A stretch of DNA of 64,000 bases. Source: a virus (Duplodnaviria > Caudoviricetes). A model generated the notes under the pieces. It was not told the DNA's origin, searched no databases, and saw only the letters and a list, made by a program, of their open reading frames with translations. This document shows, piece by piece, positions 28,961 through 37,656 of this stretch. Both the position numbers and the translations under genes were made by a program. Each line of letters begins with the position of its first letter. Position 1 is the stretch's first letter. The stretch is from positions 398-64,397 of the IMG/VR virus record IMGVR_UViG_2524023245_000003; one strand, 5' to 3'.

Positions 28961-29560
28961 TCACGTCAGTTCTGCAACCACTTCGGACAGGTCAGCCAGC
29001 AGGGCCGGGCAATCCCCGTACCGCTGCTCCGACATGGCGATGTACCGGCCCTGCCCGTACACCTCGATATGCGCGCCATCCGCGCGCCGAATCCGGCGAC
29101 CCTGCCGCACCTCGCCACGCCCCCAGATGTGCAGGCCCGTCCCCGACGGGGACACCTCCACGAACGTCTCCGGGCACCGCTCCAGAATCCGCCGAGCCCA
29201 CGGAGCCAGTCGGCCGCCGTCCAGGCAGTGGTCCAAGTCGATGCACACGATGCCATCACCCTCGGCAAGCACGAAGCCCAGCCCGACACCGTGCGACGAG
29301 GCGGCAGCCGCACGGTACGGCGACCAGGTAGAGGGCGCCGACACCGACGCCAACGCCCGCGGGCAGTCCACCCGCAGCGGCTCCTTCGCCGGACCGCGGC
29401 GCACCCACCGATCACGCTGACGCAGCTCGGCCGGCGCCCGCCGATCCCGGTGAGCAGCCACGCGGCAACGCGGTGAGCAGTACGTAGGCACCCGCCCCCG
29501 CCCGGCGACGGGAAGAGACTCCCCGCACCGACCGCACCCAGGACGCTCCGTAGCTGACAT
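28961..29560 (-). CDS. Zn-finger plus standalone primase-polymerase (PrimPol/NrS-1-like) domain
   Basis: CxxC...CSPRC N-terminus; GLGFVL...IDLDHC...EVSPSGTGLHIW...IEVY...RY. Confidence 0.82.
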   Translation of the reverse strand: MSATERPGCGRCGESLPVAGRGRVPTYCSPRCRVAAHRDRRAPAELRQRDRWVRRGPAKEPLRVDCPRALASVSAPSTWSPYRAAAASSHGVGLGFVLAEGDGIVCIDLDHCLDGGRLAPWARRILERCPETFVEVSPSGTGLHIWGRGEVRQGRRIRRADGAHIEVYGQGRYIAMSEQRYGDCPALLADLSEVVAELT

Positions 29561-29824
29561 GTCCTCAGTCTACCGTAGCTGTGTAACGACTAGGAGCCCT
29601 GAACAGGCGTTTCCCCTTGAACCCTCTCACGCCGACCGCGACGCTCCGGCATCACCGCAGGTCATAGACCCGTACAGACCGCGAGTTGCTATGCCAACCC
29701 GATGGCCTGACTGGGATGATCTTGGGTCACCCCCCAGGGGTGATCTTGGTCAGGTGGTCGACCGAACGGTCGGCGGATGGGATCTCCCCTGGTCAGAGTC
29801 CCGGCCACCGTGCACGTGTGCAGC
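29561..29824. other. Non-coding region upstream of terS, candidate cos/packaging-initiation region
   Basis: Intergenic gap between the HNH-containing cluster and terS; GGGTCACCCCCCAGGGGTGATC flanked by GATCTTGG repeats. Confidence 0.4.
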
Positions 29825-30169
29825 TCATCCGCCGGCCTGGTGCTGCGGGTCGGCGTCGATGCGTGTGATGGTGGCGCCGCTGGCTGAGGGGATGGCGAGG
29901 CAGGGTCCGTGCGGGTCGGCGAGTACGGCCCAGCCGTCGCGGATGTCGAGGGTGAGGTGCTGGTCCTCGATGAGGAGGTCCTCGCCCTTGCCCTTGGGGT
30001 ACCGGATCAGGTAGGCGGTCGGCGTCTCCCGCTTGACCCGGATGCACCCTCCGAGGCCGCCGCATCCGCAGTTGGCGCAGTGCTCACAGAAGGGCATGTC
30101 CTTGTAGTTGCGGTAGACGACCTCGGGGCTTCCGCAGACGCAGCAGACTTCACTCGGGGCGGCGGCCAT
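29825..30169 (-). CDS. Cys-rich hypothetical protein
   Basis: Co-directional tightly packed ORF; CCVC, CEHCANCGC. Confidence 0.7.
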   Translation of the reverse strand: MAAAPSEVCCVCGSPEVVYRNYKDMPFCEHCANCGCGGLGGCIRVKRETPTAYLIRYPKGKGEDLLIEDQHLTLDIRDGWAVLADPHGPCLAIPSASGATITRIDADPQHQAGG

Positions 30170-30174
30170 GGCGC

Positions 30175-30330
30175 TCAGCTTCCGTTGCCGACGCTGCCGA
30201 GCATGACCGTCTTGGTCAGCTCGAAGGCTTGGGGTTCGGTGAATCCGGCGGCGATGTAGGCGGTGTACAGCTCGTGGAGCTGGGCTGCCGCTGCGGCGAG
30301 TTCGGTGATGGGGTCTTCGGGTTCACCCAT
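30175..30330 (-). CDS. Small helical hypothetical protein
   Basis: MGEPEDPITELAAAAAQLHELYTAYIAAGFTEPQAFEL; preceded by the start-associated motif. Confidence 0.75.
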   Translation of the reverse strand: MGEPEDPITELAAAAAQLHELYTAYIAAGFTEPQAFELTKTVMLGSVGNGS

Positions 30331-30348
30331 GGGCGCGGGCCTTCCTGC

Positions 30349-30702
30349 TCAGTCGTCGTGTTCGGCGCGGATGGACACGCGGCGGGCGAAGAGGGTGAGG
30401 GTGACGCGCACCAGCTCGTCGGATCGGGTGCTCATCTCGTGCACGATGACGGGGTCGTCGGCTGATGCGGCGAGCGACTGTCCGTTGATGCGTACGTCGT
30501 TGGGTGCGATGACGCTGCCGCCGGTGGTGTCGTCTGTGGCCCGGCCCTTCTCGATGATCTCGATGACGGCGCCCCGCGGTGGCGTGCTGTCGTCGGCGCG
30601 CCAGGTGCAGGTGCACGGCGCGCCGTTGATCAGGAGGCGGTCGCAGTCGGGCTTGGGGCACTTGTCCGTGCTGTGCACGGGGTCGCCCATGCGGTAGGCC
30701 AT
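30349..30702 (-). CDS. Hypothetical protein
   Basis: Start-associated motif; PNDVRING...VTLTLFARRV. Confidence 0.75.
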   Translation of the reverse strand: MAYRMGDPVHSTDKCPKPDCDRLLINGAPCTCTWRADDSTPPRGAVIEIIEKGRATDDTTGGSVIAPNDVRINGQSLAASADDPVIVHEMSTRSDELVRVTLTLFARRVSIRAEHDD

Positions 30703-30717
30703 GGCGTGGGCCTTTCG

Positions 30718-31029
30718 TCAGAGGAGTCCGGGGTGTTGTTCGGGGGGCCGTCGTCGTCCTGGTGGGGGGTTGGCTGCTCGTGCGGCGTTGCCTTCGGCGC
30801 TGGACTTGTACCGGTGGCAGTGGGGGGGCACTCGGTCGTGGGCCCAGTCGAGGTTGTCGAGGCTGTGATCGTCGCCCGGCTGCTTGTGGTCGAGGTAGTC
30901 CCCGCCCGGGTCTCCGCACAGGTGGCAGATGTGATCGGGATTGCGGGCGTGTGCTGCGGGGCGGATACGGGTGCGCCAGTCTGCCGGGAGCCGGGATCGG
31001 CGCGTGCTGCCCTGCCAGCCGCCGCTCAT
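30718..31029 (-). CDS. HNH endonuclease (terminase-associated type)
   Basis: RLPADW...CHLC...DH...DDHSLDNL...CH..KSSAEG. Confidence 0.85.
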   Translation of the reverse strand: MSGGWQGSTRRSRLPADWRTRIRPAAHARNPDHICHLCGDPGGDYLDHKQPGDDHSLDNLDWAHDRVPPHCHRYKSSAEGNAARAANPPPGRRRPPEQHPGLL

Positions 31030-31337
31030 GGCGCTGGCCTTCCGTCAGTGTCGCCTCGGTACTTGGCGAGGGCTTGGCTCACGCGTTCCTCGCCCCAGTC
31101 GCTGGAGTCCCACCACTCGACTGCCTTCCACACCTCGGTGAGCCGTTCTAGGCGTGCGGTTGCTCGCACTTCCCACTGCCGCAGCAGGAGGAGGAGTCCT
31201 TCGGTTTCGCGTGCAGCGTCTTGTGCGTAGCCGAGTCCGGCGAGCCGGGTGGCCATCTCTTCGAGGTCGTAGCGGTGGGCTTGGAGGTCTTCAAGGTCTT
31301 GGACCGCGCAGAGGTAGTTGTACGAGCCGCCGCTCAT
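31026..31337 (-). CDS. Hypothetical protein
   Basis: MSGGSYNYL...VWKAVEWWDSSD phage family pattern; ATGA coupling. Confidence 0.75.
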   Translation of the reverse strand: MSGGSYNYLCAVQDLEDLQAHRYDLEEMATRLAGLGYAQDAARETEGLLLLLRQWEVRATARLERLTEVWKAVEWWDSSDWGEERVSQALAKYRGDTDGRPAP

Positions 31338-31558
31338 GGTGCGATCAGCGGCCCCGTGTTGACCTTGCAGTCCGGGTGGTGCGGTACGTCCCCAGTTTGA
31401 AGTGCTCGCCACGGTTCGCATGTGCAGGTGACGGCCGGATCAATCCGGTCGGCGATGTGGTCGTAGGTGCATCGGGGGCAGCCGAGGCCGCCATTGCACA
31501 TGTAGTGCTCTGGCGCCGCCTGGCGGATCGCTTCGGCGACGACGCGCAGTTCAGTCAC
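31334..31558 (-). CDS. Small Cys/His-rich hypothetical protein
   Basis: GTGA/ATGA coupling on both sides. Confidence 0.6.
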   Translation of the reverse strand: MTELRVVAEAIRQAAPEHYMCNGGLGCPRCTYDHIADRIDPAVTCTCEPWRALQTGDVPHHPDCKVNTGPLIAP

Positions 31559-31860
31559 AGCGTGGCCTCCGAATGCTCGGCGGCGGGCCATCGGATCGGC
31601 TGCCCATCGGCGTCGACCGCCACCTCGTTGGCGGGGATGGCGATGGTCTCTTCGAAGACGAGGACGCAGCGGGCGCCGATCTGCTCGGCCACGGACGGGC
31701 GGCTCAGCAGTCGCTGTTCGCCTTCCACCGGGATGAACGGCCCTTCGGTCATGCCGAGGGCGGCGGCGATGGTTTCGTCGGCTTGGTCGACGATGAGCAC
31801 GAACGGCGGCCGAGCGTCGTCGGCGCCTTCGGGCAGTTCGAGGATCTGGAGGCGGGCCAT
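31555..31860 (-). CDS. Hypothetical protein
   Basis: MARLQILELP...PFVLIVDQ...VLVFEETI; coupled starts. Confidence 0.75.
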   Translation of the reverse strand: MARLQILELPEGADDARPPFVLIVDQADETIAAALGMTEGPFIPVEGEQRLLSRPSVAEQIGARCVLVFEETIAIPANEVAVDADGQPIRWPAAEHSEATL

Positions 31861-32081
31861 CAGGTCACCGCCTCAGCTTCGTCCTGGCGCTCGGCCCGGA
31901 GGATGTCGCCGATCTCCAACAGGGCCTGCGCGACGGCGACGGTGGCGATGGCCTGCGCCTTGGCGGCGCGCGCTTGAATCTCGGCGCTGGCCACCTGGCC
32001 CTGCGGCATTGCGTTGAGGTCTTCGGCGGCCTGCCCGAGAGTGCGGCTGGCGAGTTCGCGGTAGCTGGGTACGGCGGCCAT
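31860..32081 (-). CDS. Small helical hypothetical protein
   Basis: TGATG coupling on both sides. Confidence 0.7.
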   Translation of the reverse strand: MAAVPSYRELASRTLGQAAEDLNAMPQGQVASAEIQARAAKAQAIATVAVAQALLEIGDILRAERQDEAEAVT

Positions 32082-32269
32082 CAGTCGGCCACCTTCTCGT
32101 CGCCCGGCATGCGGACGATGCTGAGGACGTTGCTGTCGGGCACGAGCGCGACGGTGCCGTCATCGTCGTCGACGAACCTGTAGTGGTCCTCGGACGCTTC
32201 GTGCTGGACGGATGCGGCGGCGACTTGCTCTTGGTCACCACTGGTGTAGGCGATCGTGTAGCGGGCCAT
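32081..32269 (-). CDS. Small hypothetical protein
   Basis: Start-associated motif. Confidence 0.75.
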   Translation of the reverse strand: MARYTIAYTSGDQEQVAAASVQHEASEDHYRFVDDDDGTVALVPDSNVLSIVRMPGDEKVAD

Positions 32270-32284
32270 GGCGCGGGCCTTTCG

Positions 32285-32524
32285 TCAGTCGTCGTCTTCG
32301 TCGGTGAGGGCGTAGCCGGAGTTCTCGACGGCTTGCGCGGCGGTGATCATGCCGAGGCCGGTGATCCAGTCGAGGGATTCGGAGCGGCCCTTGGTGATCG
32401 ATACGCTGCCGTCGGCTTTGAGGGTCTTGATGATGACGATGGCGTCGAGAGGCATGTCGTCGCCGTCGATGTCTACGGTGACGCCGAGGGTGTCGAGGAT
32501 CTGCCCGACGGACTGGTAGGCCAT
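32285..32524 (-). CDS. Small acidic hypothetical protein
   Basis: GGAGG RBS. Confidence 0.75.
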   Translation of the reverse strand: MAYQSVGQILDTLGVTVDIDGDDMPLDAIVIIKTLKADGSVSITKGRSESLDWITGLGMITAAQAVENSGYALTDEDDD

Positions 32525-32641
32525 GGCGGCTCACCTCCGGCTAGCACGGACGTCGGGAAGTGGGTGGTGGCCCGCCCGCCGCCTCGGTTCGGGCGGGCCA
32601 CTCGCGCCGCGCGCCGCTGGTGGGGCCAGGGCGGGCGCGTC

Positions 32642-32830
32642 TCAGTCGTCGTCGGGTGCGCGTTCGGTGTCGGAGGCGAGCGCGAACCCGATGCCGGGCT
32701 TCGATGCAGGCTCGGGTGCGGCGTCGAGGAGGCGGCGGGCGGTGCCTTCTGCCGCAGCGAGCTTCTTCCGGGACTTGCCCTTGATGCGGACGTGGACCTC
32801 GCGGTCGCCGGAGGTGACAGAGATGCGCAT
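32642..32830 (-). CDS. Small hypothetical protein
   Basis: Co-directional, ends PGIGF..DTERA. Confidence 0.65.
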   Translation of the reverse strand: MRISVTSGDREVHVRIKGKSRKKLAAAEGTARRLLDAAPEPASKPGIGFALASDTERAPDDD

Positions 32831-32835
32831 GCCGG

Positions 32836-33150
32836 TCAGGCGGGGTCGTACGTGGCGGCGAACACGTCCGGCTTGCAGGGGTAGAACCTGCCGGGCTGCT
32901 TCTCGGGGATGATCCAGTCGCCGTGACGGGCAACCGCGAGTTCACCGTGGACGGTCCGGACATTCATGGCGATGAAGTTCGGACCATCTTCACCGCAGGT
33001 GTCGGACGCCTCGCTGGCGCTGATCTCACGCGCACCACCGGGGTTGGCGTCCTTGAAGGCGTCGCCGAGGAACTCGCACACCTCGCTCCAGGTAGTCCAG
33101 CGGAGCTGCACGGCGTCGATCTCTACGGGGCGCTTGCGGTAGCGGGCCAT
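32836..33150 (-). CDS. Conserved phage protein (RKRPVEIDAVQ...GDWII...YPCKPDVF family)
   Basis: Characteristic motifs; start-associated motif. Confidence 0.85.
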   Translation of the reverse strand: MARYRKRPVEIDAVQLRWTTWSEVCEFLGDAFKDANPGGAREISASEASDTCGEDGPNFIAMNVRTVHGELAVARHGDWIIPEKQPGRFYPCKPDVFAATYDPA

Positions 33151-33248
33151 GGCGCGGGCCTTCCTGTCGGCAGAGGTTGGGCCGTGCAGGGCGGGGCCAG
33201 CAGCACCCTTGCTTGTGGACGTCCCGCCCTGCGCGGGGTACTGGGGGG

Positions 33249-33491
33249 TCAGGCGGCGGCGCGGTCGAGAACGCGGGCGGCGCGGGGCCGGACGGTCTTC
33301 TCGGCGGCGGCGATCTGCTGCTGGGTGTAGATGCGGCGGCCGTGCTCGTCCCGGTGGGGGTCGGTGAGGATGCCGCGCCGTTCCCAGCTGTAGATGGTCT
33401 GCACGGAGCGGCCGGTGAAGGCGGCGGCCTGCCGGATGGTGAACCACAGGGTGCCGGCCGCGTCTTCGCGCGCGGTGTCGTCCACTGTCAC
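33249..33491 (-). CDS. MerR-like HTH protein
   Basis: FTIRQAAAFTGRSVQTIYSWERRGIL...GRRIY. Confidence 0.85.
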   Translation of the reverse strand: MTVDDTAREDAAGTLWFTIRQAAAFTGRSVQTIYSWERRGILTDPHRDEHGRRIYTQQQIAAAEKTVRPRAARVLDRAAA

Positions 33492-33566
33492 CTCCCGGGT
33501 ACGACGAACCCCCGCACGGTGGCGGGGGTCCGGGTGGCTGTGGGCGCACGTGTGGCGCTGCTGCCG

Positions 33567-33595
33567 ATTATGCGTAGCACCAATCAGCTAGTCAA
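33567..33595 (-). promoter_or_regulatory. Near-consensus sigma70/HrdB promoter, candidate late promoter
   Basis: TTGACT-17 nt-CATAAT pointing into the morphogenesis operon; hairpin at 33505-33530 downstream. Confidence 0.8.
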
Positions 33596-34203
33596 GCGCC
33601 AGCCTGGATGGTGCCGGTGAATTCCGGGGACGTTCCCTCGCCGAGGGGGTCGGCTTCGCTGACTCGCTCGAGGAGCACGACGATCTTCCGGCCGTACCGC
33701 TTGCCGAAGCCGTAGTCCTCGGTTTTCACGGTGGTGACGCCTGGTGCGAGGCGTCCTTCGAGTGGGTCCATTTCGTCGGTGGCGTAGGCGGACGCTTCGC
33801 CGCCGGAGGTGCCGCCTTCGACGGTCGTGCTGAGGTCGTCGAGCACGGCGGGCTGGTCGCCGCTGTTGGTGATCTTGATCTTGAGGCGGAAGCCCAACTC
33901 GCCGGGCTCTTCGTCCCAGCCGGGGATTTCGCGGGCCTCGGTCACGGTGACCTTGATGTCGCCCCAGTCGTACGTCTGACCGAAGGTCAGGTCCGTCTTC
34001 TGCGCCTCCTGGTCCTCGCCGCACTGCTTCATCCATTCGGCTTGGGAGAGCTGGGAGTCAGGGCCGCAGTCGGCTGCGGCGCCCTTGGTGGACGCGGGCT
34101 TCTCGTCGGTGGCCGGCGAGCTGGTGTCGTCGCTGCCGCAGGCGGCGGTGAGCGCGAGGCCTGTTGCCAGCGCCACGGCGGAGCAGGTTCGTCGGATTCT
34201 CAT
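33592..34203 (-). CDS. Lipoprotein with Ig-like (DUF4352-like) domain
   Basis: Signal peptide with lipobox LTAAC; FGQTYDW..IKVTV...KITNSG. Confidence 0.8.
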   Translation of the reverse strand: MRIRRTCSAVALATGLALTAACGSDDTSSPATDEKPASTKGAAADCGPDSQLSQAEWMKQCGEDQEAQKTDLTFGQTYDWGDIKVTVTEAREIPGWDEEPGELGFRLKIKITNSGDQPAVLDDLSTTVEGGTSGGEASAYATDEMDPLEGRLAPGVTTVKTEDYGFGKRYGRKIVVLLERVSEADPLGEGTSPEFTGTIQAGA

Positions 34204-34357
34204 GTGCGGTCGCTCCAAGGCGTGATCATGGCGGAGCGGGGGGTGACGGTGACGACCATGCCAGATGACGCCGGGCTATGTGGGCGCTTCTGGGTGGAAT
34301 GCGCTGGCCCCGCCCAGGGGTTGGGCGGGGCCGTTGGAGGTCAGCCGGAGGCGGCGG

Positions 34358-34462
34358 TCACGACTTCTCGGGCGGGGGCTGCTTCTCCGCTTCCCGCTTC
34401 TCCCGGCTCTGCTCGTTGCGGCGGGCGAGGTCCTCGCGGCTGATGGTGCGCTGGAATGCCAT
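34358..34462 (-). CDS. 34-aa charged peptide
   Basis: AGGAG RBS; hairpins on both sides. Confidence 0.45.
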   Translation of the reverse strand: MAFQRTISREDLARRNEQSREKREAEKQPPPEKS

Positions 34463-34547
34463 GATCAGTAGTCCTGTCTCCTGGTTGGGGATGGGCCGGG
34501 GCGGCCGTTGCTTGGCGGTAGGGGCCGCCCCGGAGCTGGCGGTGTGC

Positions 34548-35411
34548 TCAGGTCTGGTCGACGGTCGGATCGGCGCCCGGTGGCGCCGGAGTCGTGCTCG
34601 GGGCGATAGCCGCGTCGAGGGCGGCGGCGGCCTGGCGGGCGATGTCGTTTGACTGCGTCGGCGTCGGCGTCGTCGTCGGCGCCGGCTTCGGCTTCGGCGG
34701 CTTCGGCCGCTGCTCGGACAGCGCCGGTACGCCCGCGGCTTCGGCGGCCTGGGCGTACAGCGCGGCGGAGACGAGCAGGAGGGTCGCCAGGAAGTGGAAG
34801 CCGAGTGTCTGCAATGGGCCGGCGAGGTACTCGTTCCAGAAGGCGGTCAGTTCGGCGTCAGGGATGTGGACGAGCAAGAAGTCGCGGGCCACTCTGCTGT
34901 AGAAGACGGTGAAGGCGAGCAGCATCACCGCTGCCAGTGGGGCTCGGAGCGCGATGTGCAGGGCCACGCGGGGGCGGGACATCGCGCCTGCCGCGCGGGC
35001 GGCGGCCAGGGGGCCGTAGAGCTTGCTGCACGCCTCGTCGAACTTCCTGTCGCCGGTCGACCGCTTCGCTGCTCCTGCTGCTTTGGTGATGGGCTCGAAC
35101 AGGTCGGCAAGGTTCCGGTGGTAGTACGGCGAGTTGAGCAGGCGGTGACCTTCTCGGGCGTGCTTGCGGATCTGCCGGTCTTCCTCAGCGCTCAGCTTCT
35201 CGACGGGCACGGTGGCGACGGGGGTGATGTCGGGTACGCGGCCTTGAGCGCCGAGCGCGTTGATCCATACCCGCATGGCGGGGTTGCTGGGTGAGGCGAG
35301 GTGGCCGCCGAGGCGGTCGAGGACAGGTTGCGTGGTCTTGCCCACGTAGCGGATGGTCCCGTCGCGGGGGTCGCTGAGGGTGTAGATCGTGCCGTCGCCG
35401 GTCTTGGTCAC
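34548..35411 (-). CDS. GIY-YIG nuclease domain fused to C-terminal membrane segments
   Basis: IYTLSDPRDGTIRYVGKT...RL..H...E...LLN, then two hydrophobic helices. Confidence 0.8.
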   Translation of the reverse strand: MTKTGDGTIYTLSDPRDGTIRYVGKTTQPVLDRLGGHLASPSNPAMRVWINALGAQGRVPDITPVATVPVEKLSAEEDRQIRKHAREGHRLLNSPYYHRNLADLFEPITKAAGAAKRSTGDRKFDEACSKLYGPLAAARAAGAMSRPRVALHIALRAPLAAVMLLAFTVFYSRVARDFLLVHIPDAELTAFWNEYLAGPLQTLGFHFLATLLLVSAALYAQAAEAAGVPALSEQRPKPPKPKPAPTTTPTPTQSNDIARQAAAALDAAIAPSTTPAPPGADPTVDQT

Positions 35412-35428
35412 GAGGGTGGGTTCCTTGG

Positions 35429-36208
35429 TCAGTGAGTGAGGTGGATGGCGCTGCCGAAGTGCCGCCCGAGATCGGTGTCATCCACACCGGACCCCTTCTG
35501 AGAGGGGTCGGGAGTGGGGCCGCCGCGTGTGGATTCCCGCAGGTCAGAATCGCTCTCCACGTGCGGAGAGCGGGGATGTGGAGCGGGGTCGGGGAGTGGG
35601 CCGGGCAGATCCTCGAGCAGCTGCTCGATGGTGCTCCTGCGCACCCCTGTGCGTCCGCTGATTCGCCCTACCCGGAGGGTGCGGTCGACGCCCACCTCGA
35701 AGTGGTCGAGCATGCGCCGCATCTGGGGGTCGGTGAGGTGGGCCAGGGCGGGCCTCGCGCGCAGCCTGGCGTAGAGGTCGGACAGGTGGATGCCGGCGCG
35801 GTCGCGGGTGGCCTCGTCCAACCAGCGGGCGAGGGCTGCGCGGAGCCTGTCGTGCTCGGCGGCGCTGTGCTCGCCGTGCCCCGTCTTGTGGCTGCCGTCC
35901 TGCTTGGGGTCCTCGGCGGACGGCGGGGCCGCGCGCCAGGCGGCCCAGCACCACCAGCCGGTCAGCGCCCACATCAGCCACGGCAGGGCGCGGAGAATCT
36001 GACAGGCGAGCCAGGCCGCGCCCGCCAGCACCGCGAGGCGCAGGAGGGGGCCGAGGACTGCGCGCCAGCCGGTCAGGTCTTCGCGACGCCCGGCCCGTAT
36101 CCAGGCGATGAGGCGTTCACGCTGTCGGGCGGCCAGGATGCTGGAGCCTGCGGCCAGGCGGCGGGCGGCGCGGGTACGTCCAGCCCACGCGGTGATCAGG
36201 CGCTTCAC
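35429..36208 (-). CDS. Membrane protein with wHTH-like C-terminal region
   Basis: Two TM segments; GIHLSDLY...LRVGR...GVRR. Confidence 0.7.
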   Translation of the reverse strand: MKRLITAWAGRTRAARRLAAGSSILAARQRERLIAWIRAGRREDLTGWRAVLGPLLRLAVLAGAAWLACQILRALPWLMWALTGWWCWAAWRAAPPSAEDPKQDGSHKTGHGEHSAAEHDRLRAALARWLDEATRDRAGIHLSDLYARLRARPALAHLTDPQMRRMLDHFEVGVDRTLRVGRISGRTGVRRSTIEQLLEDLPGPLPDPAPHPRSPHVESDSDLRESTRGGPTPDPSQKGSGVDDTDLGRHFGSAIHLTH

Positions 36209-36714
36209 AGCAGGCCCTTACCGGAGTTGAGCGCGGCGACGGCGTGCGCGCCGAGGGTGTTGATGCTGTCGGGCAGCCACGAGAGGGCCGCGGCGACTCC
36301 GGGCAGGAACCCGAGGATCGCGAAGGTGACGAGGCCGCCGAGGATGCGGCGGCGGTCCTTCTTCCCGGAGGCGCGGTAGAGGAGGATCACGCCGACCAGG
36401 ATGAGGCAGACGACGGCGCCGCCTGCGGGGGTGAGGACGCCCATGCGGGCGGTCTCCAGCGGGGCGCTGCCGGTGCCGGTCGTGGAGGTGACGGCCTTGT
36501 CTCCGGCGCGGGTGGAGAGCCCGGCGATACCGGAGGCGCCCCAGCCGAGCGCGCCTCCTACGCAGATCGTGGCGAGCGCGCCGAGAATCGCGCCGGACCC
36601 GTAGGGCAGCAGGGCCTTCGGGTCGCGCTTCCCTTCGGTCCACCAGGGGCGGAGGTTGGCCCAGAGGATGGCGAGGGCGACGACGATGCCGCCGAGGCTC
36701 AGTGCGACGTTCAC
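36205..36714 (-). CDS. Multi-pass membrane protein
   Basis: About four TM helices; GTGA coupling. Confidence 0.75.
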   Translation of the reverse strand: MNVALSLGGIVVALAILWANLRPWWTEGKRDPKALLPYGSGAILGALATICVGGALGWGASGIAGLSTRAGDKAVTSTTGTGSAPLETARMGVLTPAGGAVVCLILVGVILLYRASGKKDRRRILGGLVTFAILGFLPGVAAALSWLPDSINTLGAHAVAALNSGKGLL

Positions 36715-37289
36715 GGGTGGACTCCGGTGAGTGCGGTGATCGGGTCGAAGAGGCTGATGGCGCCGGTGGCGCCGATGCAGGTGGTGACCAGGAGGAGTCG
36801 CGCCCACCAGGTGCGGCGACGCAGGTCGGCGAGCACCGCGAAGGTGAGGGCGAGTCCGGCGAGGGTGTAGGCGGCGGGGATGCCGGCCTCGGTGCGGCAC
36901 TGGTGGGTGGTGGCGGCCCAGGCGGTGGCGGTGCTGTGGCCGGACGGGGGGATGGGCATGACGGCGAGTGCGGCGGCGATGAGGGTCTGCCAGGGGCGTA
37001 TCCAGGCGCGGAGCCAGGACCAGTCGCGGCGGGGACGCTCCGGCTCGATGTGCGGCTCGGCGAGCTGGACCGTGACGTGGACCTCGAGCGGTGCCGGGCG
37101 CTCCGGCGGGGCGGGCCAGGGCCACGCCGCCGCCGGCGGGGGGATCGGTGGCGGGGGTGGTGGGGCGGCGGGTGCGGGGGTGCGCCAGGGGGGTATCGCG
37201 TCTGCGGCGGGCGGGCCGGGCGGCAGGGGCGCGGGCAGCGACTGCCCGGCGGGGATGATGCGGCTCGGAACGATCGGCCCGTCAGTCAC
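36711..37289 (-). CDS. Pro-rich membrane protein
   Basis: Pro-rich N-terminus, three TM segments. Confidence 0.75.
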   Translation of the reverse strand: MTDGPIVPSRIIPAGQSLPAPLPPGPPAADAIPPWRTPAPAAPPPPPPIPPPAAAWPWPAPPERPAPLEVHVTVQLAEPHIEPERPRRDWSWLRAWIRPWQTLIAAALAVMPIPPSGHSTATAWAATTHQCRTEAGIPAAYTLAGLALTFAVLADLRRRTWWARLLLVTTCIGATGAISLFDPITALTGVHP

Positions 37290-37656
37290 GGCGCACCCCG
37301 CACTCGTGCCCGCGGGCGTCGGCGAGTGCGCGGGCGAAGGCGCGTGCCGGGTAGCCGGTGGTGACGTGGCGGCAGGTGCCGCAGCGCCAGGCGTAGCCGT
37401 GCTCGGTCCACTCCCCGCGGGTGCTGCGCAGGGTGTACTCGGCCCGGTGGAGGTGCACGGCGGCGCCGGAGCGGCCGGTGACGGTGGTGATCACCCCGGA
37501 CAGCGGCGGCCCGCCCGCGGCACGCTGTACGGGCGCGAGGTGCGGCACGGGGCCGCGGTCGTCGGCGGGGTGCCGCTCGGGCGCGTACGAGTAGCCGGGC
37601 GGGAGCGGCGGCAACGCTGCGGCAGCAACGGTGTTGCGGTCCTGGAGTCGCATCAC
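37282..37656 (-). CDS. Zn-finger-like hypothetical protein
   Basis: WRCGTC...H..C; coupled. Confidence 0.65.
   Translation of the reverse strand: MMRLQDRNTVAAAALPPLPPGYSYAPERHPADDRGPVPHLAPVQRAAGGPPLSGVITTVTGRSGAAVHLHRAEYTLRSTRGEWTEHGYAWRCGTCRHVTTGYPARAFARALADARGHECGVRRD

Noticed and set aside
32566-32600. Second pseudoknot like the one at 17.7 kb
   Set aside because: Hairpin is real, but loop-to-start complementarity is only 5-6 GC pairs, expected by chance at this GC content
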